DNA of 55,051 nt, filler included, from Bipalium vagum (taxonomy: Eukaryota), in the NCBI GenBank assembly GCA_037834085.1. It is 3 parts of 3 records of this genome, joined end to end, with 100 filler letters (N's around TTAATTAATTAA, not from the genome) between each part and the next. Parts side by side here need not be neighbours in the genome. Positions count along the whole stretch, not along the records: positions 1 to 16,896 come from JBBMKC010087690.1; positions 16,997 to 33,451 come from JBBMKC010110587.1; 1 more part is not named here. One strand, 5' to 3'. Below the pieces are notes generated by a model that saw nothing but the letters and a program-made list of their open reading frames with translations, was not told where the DNA came from and did no database searches. Below are positions 12,801-25,248 of the stretch, piece after piece (the stretch's first letter is position 1; each line of letters opens with the position of its first letter). The position numbers and the translations under genes are program-made.

Positions 12801-15800
12801 TTTCAATAAAATATTCAGGACTTGGAAGTATTGGAAGAGTCTTGGCATTCTGAATCCATGGAATTGATGAAAATGATCGAAAGGTTGCAGGATGATAACG
12901 ATAACATAAAATCATTAATTGATAAAGCCAATAAAAAACCTCGACCTGACATAAGCAAAAGATTCCGTAAGATCCTTATTTTTATATTTGGTTAAATTTA
13001 ATAAGATTTGTTGACAATCGTCTCTCATGAGTAGTGATAGTGATATCTGATATCAAGCATCTACCGTAATCAGTTCGTTAATACATTCTGTTAAAAGAGT
13101 AGCCGGAATTCTTTTTAAAGTTATATATGTATATATGTTTATATGTTTACTTTTTAGTAATATTTATAAATATATGGTACTGTTCTGAAAAAGTTGCATA
13201 AAACATATCTCAATGAGTGGATATCTAAAACTTAGGATTACGACTGGTTAAAGACTTTCAAAAACGGTCCACAAGCAATCACCAATTTGACTCGTTCTGA
13301 CACTCATGCACATCAACAACTGAAGAAAACGTACAATAATGGAAGAGTATGTTTTGAAAAATCGCTATTTAAGTGTTCGAGAGCTTGCCCATCAAACAAA
13401 TAAAAATATTTTCTCAGTGTATCACGATTTGATATATTTTCTGGACATGAGAAAGGTTGCTGCTTGACTTGTTCCAAAAATTCCGGTTACCTTTCTAACA
13501 GAGTGTGTAATATGTAATTTATAAATTAAGGTCAACGAATCCGGTGTTTACCATATTAAATAAAATGTAAGGGGTCCTTTAGAAAGAAAAATTCTTTTAG
13601 GTAAAGTATTTTCTGATTTTCCGAGTTTTGTGCAGTCAAATAAATATTTTCAATTTCCCCTTATTATTTTTTATATTTCTCATAAATGGTTGTTATGTAG
13701 TTTGACGTGGGTTTCTGGTGTCAAAAAAGATTTTATGTAATTGAAGTTGATATTTTAACTTCAATTGTATGGAAGAAAAGATTTCTCAGATTCCTTTTAA
13801 ATCATTTTAAAACTATTGATTAGACTCCCTAAAGTGGCCCAATAGAGACTGGTTCTAGAGATATCAAACTCCCGATTGAGCAATTTCAATCCAAGTTTCT
13901 TTTGGGAATGGCGACGAGAGTAAAAATATTCAATAAAATATAAGGAAAACCATTTTCAAACTTGACTGTCTCTCGGCTCACTGTGAAAATTTTTAAGGCA
14001 CGATTTTTAATTTTCTAATGGTTTATCCAATGTCCAGAATCATGTTATTTTAAAACTGTCTTACTGGTTACCAAATTTGTCTTTTACCAAAACAGTTGAT
14101 AAAAAGTCAAATAAGTATACTTGCAATATACTACAAACATCATTTAGATCGAATTAAAACTTTAAAGCTATTTAGTTCAAACCTCTATCATTGAATATAA
14201 AGATTAATACAAATATTTACTGGTCACAGTTACCAAAATTTATCCGTAAAGGTCTATTGATTTTGCAAATTGCAAAGTTTCTTTTTTCCACCAGGATAGC
14301 AAGAAAACCATGGGAACTAATTGTTGAGTCCCAACCCGTATGTTTGGTTTCATTTACTAAGCTTGAATATGGAAAAATAACACGTTATTCTTCTTTGGTA
14401 CAGAATTTTTTGAATGAAAAAAATTCAATAATAAGGAGACAATTCATAATTTTGACCACAAGTTTTACAAAGGCGAAATAGAAAAGTGAATGAAAAATGA
14501 ATATTATATAAAGCTGAATAAAAATATTTTCATCTTAAAAAACGGACAAACTTATTTCCCAACCAAATATTTTATTGATTGTATAAAACGAGGAAAGATT
14601 TCATTTTTTAAATCTATTTAATTTAAATTATTAGAAAAATGTGAAATTGAGTGGCTTGCCCTATTAAATTATGATAAAATCAATTCTTTATTATATTCAA
14701 TTTTCACAACATATTGATTTTTTAAAATTCTGATTTAATTAAAAAAGTACAAATGAGAATATTTCACACCCAATTTTGTTTTCATATTCCACAAAGCCCC
14801 AGACCGTTTTAATGGAATGAATTGCTAATTTATTTTCATATCTGAAATTCGTACTCGATTTTCAAACTAGCGTCGACTTCTTTTCTCTTGTTTTGTCTTA
14901 ATGTATTACTATGGTTACAAATAGGACGGTAGCTGACAATCAATTGATTGTTTGTTTTATACCAAATTGAAACCAATTTTCCAAGTAATGTTGCATTATG
15001 AAAGCTACTTTACTTATTGATTTTTTCTCACAGCAATTTAGAAGCATCTGAAATAATAAATTAATACGTATATTTATCAAGTTGATCGAAATATTTTCTG
15101 ACACCGTAATGAAAATAAAACTATTTTTAAAAATTGCAAGACCCGCGTTGAATTTTATTGGTCAATCGTGTTCAATGACAATGAGTGTCCGCCTCCGCTT
15201 TTGTGTGTCTTCGAGATGGATTTCTGAGGCTTAGAATTATTTTCTTACTGTTTTATTTTTATTTTATTTTTGATCAGGAGACTTGCTGAACCACTGGAAA
15301 AAATCTCGAACAATTTTTTTCTTATTTGCCACAATATTTAAATTAAACTTGATATATGGAAAATAGTGGAAATTTTTCAATTTTTGCTTTTCCTAATAAT
15401 TGCAGAAACTAGTGGGAAATCAATTTCATTGAGAATTTTTTGTTGTAATTAATTTGAATTGTATATTTTTTAGTAATACTTTTTTTGTTATTTCAACTCT
15501 AAGTCGTCTACATGTTTCAAAAAAATACTGAATTAACGAACTTATTGTCCTGTGTATTTTCTTTTTGGATTTATCCACGAGAAAAGTTTTATAGAATCAA
15601 TAGAGATAATTCATTGTTTTCTCATGATCTATATGACGTTGTTTTAATTAATAGAGATAATTTGTGATCTTCGAAAATCGATATTCCTAATTCGGTGATT
15701 AAATTTAGATAAACAATTAGAGATTAAAAACGTTCATTTAAAACTCAAAGAAACAATCGACGGTAATGTTGAAGAAATAAGAATGTTAAAAGAAGAGCTG

Positions 15801-15827
15801 GCTCAGCGCTGCATTGATTTGGATGCG
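9827..15827 (+). CDS. rilpl1: RILP-like protein (RH1 domain plus coiled coil), three internal exons; start exon and RH2-encoding exons not found
   Basis: Exons 9827-10087 (VYEIGLELENELKNL..SLIQKIFNVLKEL, RH1-like), 12819-12966 (DLEVLEESWHSESMELMKMIERLQDDN, cf. RILPL1 ELELVEDVWRGEAQDLLSQIAQLQEEN) and 15709-15827 (LKLKETIDGNVEEIRMLKEELAQRCIDLDA, cf. KKLKEVVDKQRDEIRAKDRELGLKNEDVEA). All junctions are GT-AG with matching phases 0 and 1. Confidence 0.8.
13180..13490 (+). mobile_element. mariner transposase N-terminal relic in RILP-like intron
   Basis: YDWLKTFKNG...TTEENV...VLKNRYLSVRELAH, then a decayed WVP-like linker. Confidence 0.65.
14230..14568 (+). mobile_element. mariner 3' relic with terminal inverted-repeat-like end
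   Basis: Decayed transposase tail (LQNFLNEKxF-like) ending AAAACGGACAAACTTATTTCCCAACCAAATA. Confidence 0.5.
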
Positions 15828-16896
15828 GTAAAATATTATTTCGCTTTACTATAATAATTATCTATTTTAATTATTGGTCGTGTTTTAACATTCAAGTTGT
15901 CGTTTGTTGTTGTTCGTCTGTTTGTGATTATGGAGTTGAATCTTTGTGGAAAATGTTTATAATTGACATTAAATTCCTACTTTGTCTCAAAATCTAAAAT
16001 TTTCCTACTTTTTCTGAAAAAAAATATTCATATGCATCGGGTTTATTTTACGTGTCACGGGTTTCGGAGGGAAATGTAAATTTTTTAATTATTTAATTAA
16101 TACAAGACTTAATATTATGCTGTCGAGTTGGGAATGTCGTATTGTATTGGTGAGTGAAATATGTCATAAAAGAAATGACAAACAACATTTATTAATTAAA
16201 ATATTTTCCATCACAGTTGAAACACTCTGGCCAACGAGGTAATAGTTTATTGGTTCCAATACAGACCAGTTGTCATTATGTAAAAGTTGACTTGACAAAG
16301 TTGTTCAGCTTGGTTAAAGGATTTAGTTATTTCTACGCTTATCATAATTAAAAAATTTGTTTTAAAATAAGCAATGTATAAAAAACCACAATTAAAATTC
16401 GATAATTGGAGTCATTAAAATTAACAAATAAACGAAATTTCTTTTCTGAAAAAACATTTTTCTTAATAATAAAATGACTGGCTTATTAAGGTACTCTGTG
16501 GTAATTAAGAGTTATTATTAATTTGAATCGATTTTCAAAACATTGAGAAATTCTTTCGTTTTTGTCTCGATTGATCGATATTTTAATTTATTTAAATTAC
16601 CTTTTGTCTCGATCTGACCATAGCTTTCATAATATTAAATTGATTTAGTGTTTCGTAGATTCAATTCTAATTTAATAAAAAAATTTTCACTACTGTCATT
16701 ATATTTTATTCTATTCCACCAGCTTATTCGCTTCCTTATCTTTTTAATAGGATCAAGTTGTTTGATCTTTATTCTATCTCCTTCCTACTTTTTCTATATT
16801 TTTAGGTCTACTCTGTTATTATTATTAGGTTGTAAAGAAATTAATGGCGGTTTATGAAACTTAATTTTTGCAGTATGAATTAATAAAGGAAAATTT

Positions 16897-16996
16897 NNNN
16901 NNNNNNNNNNNNNNNNNNNNNNNNNNNNNNNNNNNNNNNNTTAATTAATTAANNNNNNNNNNNNNNNNNNNNNNNNNNNNNNNNNNNNNNNNNNNN
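16897..16996. other. Assembly spacer (44 N + TTAATTAATTAA + 44 N)
   Basis: Exactly 100 bp with a six-frame stop linker at 16941-16952. Confidence 0.95.

Positions 16997-17063
<67 letters not shown>
16997..17063. repeat. (TAA)n microsatellite at contig edge
   Basis: Directly visible; probably the cause of the contig break. Confidence 0.9.
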
Positions 17064-17067
<4 letters not shown>

Positions 17068-17097
17068 CAAATGAGTCTTATTCCATTTAAATCATAC

Positions 17098-20000
17098 CTT
17101 TTTTCTTTCTTTAAACTGCAATTTTCACGAAATCCTTTAGCAAATGGATTGTAATTTATCTTCAGTTTGGTAATCTAAGAATTAGTGAAAAATCTGAATT
17201 GAGAAAAATGATTGATGAAAGAAAAATAAAGCTGAATTTATGAAATTCAATGATTTTTATTAATATTTTTTCAAGGGGAAAAGTTTCAGTCGTATATTTC
17301 AAATAATAACATTTGAATAATTATTTGGCAATTTTTTAACGTAATTATTTCAGTTTAAAATGTCACTATTGTTCTGATACTTCCCTTGCTTTTGTCAGAT
17401 GCTGTCAGTTGAATCCATGAAATATTTTCCACGAAATAACCCATTCTGCAACTGTGAAGACATCTCTGTCAGAAAATTCAATCAATAAATTTAAATTTCA
17501 TCCGAAAAAGCGCGCGCCTTCCAATGAGAAACTTTTTCCAGTTTTCAAGCAAAGAATTATTTATCTGAAAATTCTATTGATTTTCATTAAAAAGTTAGTG
17601 GCAGTACTCAATTTTGTTACAACAATTCACAGCTGATCTTTCATTTTGATTATAGTTGATCTAAAGCGTGATAAAAAATTGCCTGCGGGTCTGTAATAAA
17701 TTGGTGGCGTCAGCGCTTATTGTTCATTGTTACTGAGTGCTAAGAAGCTTCCTCCAAACTGGTTATCTCATTTATCAATCAAAAAATTCGCGCCAGACCC
17801 AATATGCTCGTTAAAACCGACCGTGGACTTGCGTGAGACTCCAACTGCCGAAATACATCCACACCAGAATGGCAAACAAACAATTCTCCCATTCAACAAT
17901 GCGTGACCTGGCTGTTCTCTTTATTTTGGAATCGACCATTTCACAAGTAGCAGTTGTGTCATTTTTAACAGAAATTGACAACAATGCTCCATGAATTTGC
18001 CAAACCTAGCTTCACTATTGCTTAGTCGCCAGGTTTATTTTCCCTTGTCAATTATATTTTTTTGTTGCGTGCTTAACCTTCCGGTAGTCTTGGATTCGAT
18101 AAATTTGTTAATGCAGTTGGAATATTTGTTATTTTTTCAACCTGCTAACCTTGTGAATTTTTCCAAATTAACTCAGACTTTCTCCAGGAAAATAAATTAA
18201 CTGGAAAAACATGAGGATTAATTATTCCCCAGTATGAATAATAATTTATTGATTAGTCGTATATTGTGGAAAATATTGATGTCGGTAGCATTGATATGAA
18301 TTTCTATATGAATTGTCATGGTTTATTGTTAGTCGATGAATAGATTTAGAAAAATGAACACTAAACAGGTATTTTTCGTATGGTTTCCAAAACCGATCTC
18401 ACTTACTTGATCGTTTTGATAAGCTGTAACAGCAATAAATTGGGTTTCTTCAAAGGAAAATTCATCCCAATGACAATAGTTTGTGTACAATAGATTCTGG
18501 GCTCTAACCAAGTAAAGCTTCGGTATGTATTTATGCATGGAATTGAGAATTATCTGAAATTAAGCAAGCCGTCGTTATCATCAATAAATTGATATAAATG
18601 AGGAAATCGAAATTCAGATTGTTAAATATTTTATTATTGTTCTGAGAACCGAATCAATTTGATGAAAATAATTATAAAAATGCAATATTTTCCTACTGCC
18701 TTACTGTTTGTACTGATTTCATTAAATTCTATTTATTAAAACAAAAAAAAATAAAATTAAAGTTTGTTGTAAAAATAATTGTTTGAAATATTTAGATTAG
18801 TTTTGTACCAATATCTTTAAGACGATCTTATTATCTTATAAAATAAAGCAACAGTTTTCTCATTGATAATTGCTTTAAATCTATTCAAGTCATATGATTT
18901 CATTCATTCATACAATTTTATATTTTATTGAGAAGTATTTCCTCATGATTATCCAGGGTTAAAAGGATTTTTATCATAAATTTAGTCAATAATTTCTGTG
19001 TGGAAAAATTGCGAAAATGATAAATAGGAACGGTTTTATATTTTAAAAAACTCAATAATATCAAGCAGTGCAAAAATAATTTTAAAAACCGTTTCTATGT
19101 CAACGTTTTAAAAGGTCAAATCTTCGAATAATCCTTTGGTAAGTATTATGGGAACCTTTCTATTTTTTACTAGAGTTCCGTGATGTTTTTTTATTTTCTC
19201 TTCATACAGCAGTATGATTGGGTTTTTCAGGTATTGATCAGTCTTGGTTTTGGAATTTATATAATAATAATTTTTTTGGATTAGTAAAACAAGAAAAACT
19301 ACATGTCAATGAACAAAATCATCATTGAAATGGAATAGTGAAAATATAAATAAATAAACAATATGTAAAGGTGAAATTTATTATCAGTGTAAAAAGACTT
19401 AAATACTGACTTTTACTTAATGTATAACTGCCAATTACTTTGATAATAACTATGGATATTTTTCTAATTATTATCATAATTATTATAATTAATCAAATCA
19501 CAATGAAAAATGAAAAGAACGTTACCACATCATCTTTATCCACTCTTGTATTTGACAGTTTTATTTTGTGAAATGAGATCGACTTGCTCATCCATTCCTC
19601 TCCAGTTGTCGGTGAATCGGGATGGATGAAAGGTGAATGTAAATGTTGACTGATTTCAGCTTTGCCTGATTTGATCCACTGAGAATGGTAATATTTATAT
19701 CGGTTTTCATTGCTCAGAACAATGTCTAATAGTAAAACATATTTTGCAGTTGGATCCAATCCTTTGATTCTCACTTTGAATGAAGGAAACATGCGTCTTA
19801 AAAAGATGGTTTATTTTTGAGTATTACGTACGTTTTTCAAAAAAAATGTAAACATAGAGGAAGATATTTAAAAATCAAAAAGTAAATAGTAAAAATATTA
19901 GAAATTTTCCTGTGCATATTTTAATTTTTTAAATACAGGGTGTTCCACTTAAATCCGGAAAATTTTCAATAACACAAAAATCATCTATATTTTAGAAGTG

Positions 20001-23000
20001 TTCAATGTAATCATGAAATGTATCTATTGATTTGAATATATAAAAATTCGTATTTCATATCATTCAATCCAGCTGTCTGCTTTGATGACGGCTTCAAAAC
20101 AGGTTTTGTACAGAAAACAAGCTTTGATTACGTGATCCGTGGCAATCTTGGCTATTCATTCGACAATAACAGAGCGACGAGACTGGGAAGTGCTGTGCGG
20201 AGTACTTTTTGGACTTCCTCTCGAAAAAGCTACACAGATAATAACCAATATGAGTTAATGCCAAGAGAGCTAGATGGCCAACAATCTTTGGATCAGAACA
20301 TATCAAAATTCTTGCCCAACTAATCTTGCACTAGATGGTTGTTATGAGCTGCTGAGAAACGTAAGATCAAGCTCCAGATACCTTAATGATCCACTGGTGT
20401 ACTACCTGCTTTAGGGAACTAAGATAAATCTCCGTGTTTACATTCTGACATTTCTCAAATGAAAAATGAGGCATCACATGGACTTCACTTGAACTTACCA
20501 TTAATACGTCCAGAGAGGAAGGCCTTTTTGTACGATCAATGTAATTTTCAGAGTGTTTAAAATTTTTGCTTTTAAAGAAAAAATAATAAACTAATTTTCA
20601 ACCAAATTTATTAATCCATGCGTTTCTTTGTACAAAATCCATTCAAATGAAAAATGGCTATCAACAAATTTAAGTAATATATATTAAAATAGTTCAGTTT
20701 GTATTCCTTGGGCATTAACACATTTCTGTAATCTTGGCAATACAGATCTACAAACTTTCAGACAAAGATCTACTGGAATCAGACTGATTTCTCCAGACAT
20801 TTTTTATTTTTACATTTTTATTTCCCAGACATTTATAAAATATTTATATTTTTCTAATGACTTATCTACAATAATTTATAAAAAAAGATTCATGTTCATT
20901 GACAATTGTTTATTTGTTTAAATGCGCTTAAATATTTAATAGTAGCTGTAGTAGTAATGAAACAGAAATTAAAAGCTTTTATATAATACTTTGCATTTTA
21001 TGAATAATTTATAATTATCATTTTATTTATATTTTTTAAATAAAAACCTTATGAAATTCGCTTTCATTTATCTTTATATCTGTCAAGTATTGATAGTATT
21101 CCTAAAAGTAGTATTTAATTCAATTATTTTTCGTTAATAAAAAGGAAATAAAATATGTCAATTTTCTGCTATTTAAAACAAATATTTATTAAAATTTATT
21201 AAAATAAATATTAAGTAAATATTAAGCAATTATCATTTTAAAGGTAAGTGTTAATTTTCTTTTACAGAGAATTAAACCTAGAGGAAAATTTACTCTAATT
21301 TAATACTGTTTAACGTGATGATTACTTTTTCATTTTAATTTAATTGATCTTTTTTGTGAGTATACCTAAATTTGAAAGAGGTGTTTATCATAAATAATTT
21401 TTTATTATTTGCTAATTTTACTCTTTAAATATAATGAAAGTAGTTTTAAAAAAGGCCGAAAATGTTATCAATTCGAAATATTGTTAACATTATTATAAAA
21501 GATAATACTTTATATGTATATAAATAAACAATTAAAAAACAAAAAAAATTTAAATTAAAAATATAAAATAAAAGACAATGCGAAGGAGAACCGGAATTAC
21601 AAAAATAGTAATTAGATATGTACGATTAACTCTTAAAGATTTCTTCTACGTGGATAGGGAAACCAGTCTTTAAGGACAACACCCTGAAACGTTTTCAAAA
21701 TGCTTTTTTGTTGTCAAAGACTGGTTTTCCAATCTATTGGTCTATATAATATCACTAGAGATCTGGAATAAATAACGAAAAGATAAAATAAATCTTTAAT
21801 GTAAAGAAATTGTGTTAAAATAAAAAAAAATGTTATATTAAAAAATAAAATCAACACATAAAATATTTAAAATTATATTTAATATTTTGAAAGAAATTAT
21901 TAATTATTATTATTATTGAGCTTAAAGTTCATAACATATTTGTTATTATATTTCATAATTCTTAAAGTTTTCCTGAAATACCTTTTAAGTTCAAACTTTT
22001 TTAAAATATTTATATTATATATTTTTTATTTTAGTATTTATTTTATTTTATTTTCTTTACAACTGATATTCATCGATATTTCTGAGTCTCCAGTTATTTT
22101 ATGCTTACCTAGATGATTATTTTATATTATTTTTGCTCTATTTATTATAATATTGAAATCCATTGAAACAGAATGATTTTAAAAAGGGTACAAAAAATCT
22201 CCAATATAATAATAATTTTTTTTTTATATTTTTCAAGGAAAAGGACAAATCCTCAGTTTTAATTATTGTTCTAATACAAAACAAAATCACATGATTAAAA
22301 AAATTTAGGTAACCTAAAATCCATTGTTATTCAGTCATTTTAATAAGTAAAATTTAAAAATCATAATTAAAAAACAATAATATTAATAAAATCACATTAG
22401 AATTCAATAATAAATAATGATAAATCTTAAAAATATTAATTATTCAAATTAGCATTTACTAGATAAACATTTAAATAGAAAAAATTAATTTTACTACAAT
22501 ATTGGTAATTAATTAAATTTAGGCAGAACTTGAAAACAATTTGTTTTCCTCAACAAGACATCCATTAAATGATTAATTTTTCACCTTTGTCATTGTGGGC
22601 ATATTTTAAAATTATATTTCAATTAAAACACAAGTAATTACTTTTGTTATGTTTATTATTTAAAATCTTCTTTTACCTGTGATCTTTTTTGTTTAAAAAT
22701 ATATTTAATTTATAACAATAAAATAAATTATCTTAGGATTTTTATCCTATTAAAAACCGAAATATATTTTAGAAAGATATAAATATCAATATAATTTTTA
22801 ATACCTGCCGGTTTTTGTTATAACCATTTCAGTTGTTTTCTTATAAAATTCGGCCCATAGCTCTTTATCTTCCAGCTCAACGACTGGGTGATCCATTGAC
22901 CTAACACGCCAATCATACTGTTGAGCTGCTAAGACATTTGTTGAAATATCGTCGAACGAGTTCTGTTTGATCCAAGGTCGGGAAAATAATGACATTCGTT

Positions 23001-23058
23001 CATATGGCAAGTTATAGGGATGAAATCTAATGGAACGATGAGAACTTTTCAAAAACAT
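17098..23058 (-). CDS. tbx2/3: T-box transcription factor, Tbx2/3 (omb)-type; complete T-box, 3' exons missing
   Basis: Exons 23058-22805 (..RFHPY..PVVELEDKELWAEFYKKTTEMVITKTGR), 19796-19526 (RMFPSFKV..GKAE..IHPDSPTTGEEWMSK), 18553-18407 (IILNSMHKY..FIAVTAYQNDQ) and 17174-17098 (ITKLKINYNPFAKGFRENCSLKKEKR). Phases 2, 0, 0 agree. The basic xxEKR ending at a phase-2 donor and the fused RMFP...HPDSP exon fit the Tbx2/3 subfamily. T-box identity is certain; the subfamily is less so. Confidence 0.88.
19934..20800 (-). mobile_element. Decayed Tc1-like element in Tbx intron 1 with an unrelated internal insert
   Basis: TA-CAGGGTGTTCCACTTAAATCCGGA terminus at 19934 and a decayed transposase tail near 20690-20800. 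Confidence 0.45.
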
Positions 23059-23125
23059 CAATGATAAAATAAGGACGCTTTCCTCAAACTACCGAAGTTA
23101 ATATGATAATTTCAATTGTCGCTAA

Positions 23126-23166
23126 ACCAACCAATCATATTCAACATAATAATAATAGCCAATCAA
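23126..23166. promoter_or_regulatory. Tandem CCAAT boxes upstream of the T-box gene
   Basis: AACCAATCA (core 23131-23135) and AGCCAATCA (core 23159-23163), both good NF-Y-type matches, 70-105 bp upstream of the ATG. Confidence 0.4.
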
Positions 23167-24366
23167 ATATGAACATTTTTTTTCCCTATTGTTTTATTGT
23201 AGAATTTATGTTTGGGATCAATATAATAATTTTCAAGCTTTATTTAATTTAATGATTACTATTTATTTCATGAGTAAATGATTCTGTTTTCCTTGATGAA
23301 GACTATTTTAGTCTGTTTATTGAAATAAATTTTGATTAATAATTAAATATAGGGGTTTTCAGTAAAGCAATAAATCACCAATCATCTCCGTAAATGTTGA
23401 AAATTTCTATTCAAAGATATGAAAAAGATTATTATCTATACTTCTTCATATTTTATATTATGACTATCATTGGATTAGTTTTTGATAATGTTTCTGAACT
23501 TGACTGGTACTTACTTTCCCCTACATATTGGCACCAATATTTTTAATCACATTTAAATTTATAATGTGCAAATAAGTATTGATTTTAAGTGTAATCAATA
23601 ATAGTGTCTTTAAAAGAATTAATACATAAAGATTTTTAGTTCTATCTTTATTTATACATATTTCTCTATTTCTACGACATTTTATAATTTAAGTGTAAAA
23701 AAATATTCTCAAAACTTGTTTAGTAAAAAGCAATCTTAATCTCAAAAACTTCTTATATTAAAAGGAAAAGAAGTTTCACTATATTCCAGAAACTCTAAAA
23801 TATAAAAATGTGGTTTAACTATTATTAATACTATTAACAAGGAAAAATAATAGTAATAAATATTGAAATTTATTTTATCTATTTATTTAATTAACTTCAT
23901 TTATTTTAAACAATATATTTTGTGTGTTTGTTCAATAAAATTAATTGATTATAATTAGACCATAGAATGTGTACAAAATATATCAATATAGATAAGTAAT
24001 GTATGATAAATCCAATAGAAATCGAAATTAATTAATAGTTGAATAAAATTAAATTAATACGTCTAATATTTTTTATTAATAAAATAAATGCACTCTACAA
24101 GTTTCAAACTTTTCTAATAATCCCAATCTATCTTGATAATAGAAGGGTTAAAATATGAACGTAAAATATATTTCAAAGTGATTGATTTTTACCTTTATAT
24201 TGATTTTTATCATCATTTAATGTAAAAAATATATTCATGTATATAACAAAATGTTTTAGGTAATTGAAAAAATCGAGAAAATTATTTAAGAAGTTTAAAA
24301 TGGGTCTGAAAATTTTTTATATAGAATACACAAATAATATATGTGAGATAAATTGAAAGTTAGTCG

Positions 24367-24438
24367 GGGGATGTAGCTCAGCGGTCAAGCAGTGCGTGCG
24401 CATGTGAAGATCCCGGATTTGAATCCCGGTAATTTTCA
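24367..24438 (+). pseudogene. tRNA-Ala-derived pseudogene or SINE head (anticodon position CGC)
   Basis: GGGGATGTAGCTCAGCGGTCAAGC...GCGCATG...CCCGGATTTGAATCCCGG aligns with animal tRNA-Ala. The A box is intact, the B box is mutated (GATTTGAAT) and the 3' acceptor strand AATTTTC is degraded. Confidence 0.7.
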
Positions 24439-24899
24439 CTAACAATATATATATTTTAAAATTTTTACATAATTTTTTTATATTATATAAAATATTATAT
24501 TATATTTTTGGTTGAGCTTCGATATCACTGCAGGTCTTTTTCAGGGTTAATTTAATATTTATGAATTTAATATTTCTTATTTTATACAGTTTTTTAGAAC
24601 CCAAACTTAGAGTGATTTTTTAAATTAGCGTCTTACTGGATTGCAGTGATCTTAATAGGATCACTTTAGTTAAATTTAATTAACATACTATATAGTTACA
24701 AAAATAAAGCTAAAAAATAATATTACTTTGAGATTAAATTGATCATTTAAAAAAAACAAAATTCTGCAGTTATTTCGAATGAGATGCGTAATTTTATATA
24801 ATATAATTGTATAGTTGGTTTTATTTTACTTTTTTATATATTTAACACTAATAAGAAACAAAATATTTTTAACACCGATTTTTGATCTTCGAGAAATAC

Positions 24900-25248
24900 A
24901 TTTAACAATATTCAGATCAAGGCTTCGCTATACATCCGAAAGCCAAACACTTATTAAAGAAATGTTTATATTCATTTCATGAGATCAAAATCTTCTATCG
25001 ATATATTCAAGTTTGGATCGCATCTTGGAACTGCTCTTGTTAACTAAAAATGTCAGTAATTCAACGGAAAACATATTACAAAGACAAGGAATGGTATCAT
25101 CGTGTGATGGAACAATTGGCAGATAGATGGGTTAAGACAATTTGAGTTCAATGGTCCTTACTTTGAGATTTAATAAGAAAATTTAACCACTTTACTTCGT
25201 TCTTCATTATTTTATAAGAAAACGAAATTACTTATGACTCACCCCAAT
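24900..25248 (+). mobile_element. mariner 3' relic
   Basis: KDKEWYHRVMEQLADRWVKTI..NGPYFEI* then a TIR-like AAACGAAATTACTTATGACTCACCCCAATA. Confidence 0.7.

Noticed and set aside
16941-16952. TTAATTAATTAA palindrome as a biological motif (also 33496-33507)
   Set aside because: Centred in exactly 44+44 Ns twice; it is a synthetic six-frame stop linker.
21916-22116. Short hydrophobic F/I/L/Y-rich ORFs (also 16648-16857 and 50536-50796)
   Set aside because: Typical chance ORFs in very AT-rich non-coding DNA.
9827-23058. Tbx2/3 nested antisense within the RILP-like gene
   Set aside because: The two genes are separated by an artificial spacer, and no downstream RILP exons (RH2, RPRFTxxEL) were found.
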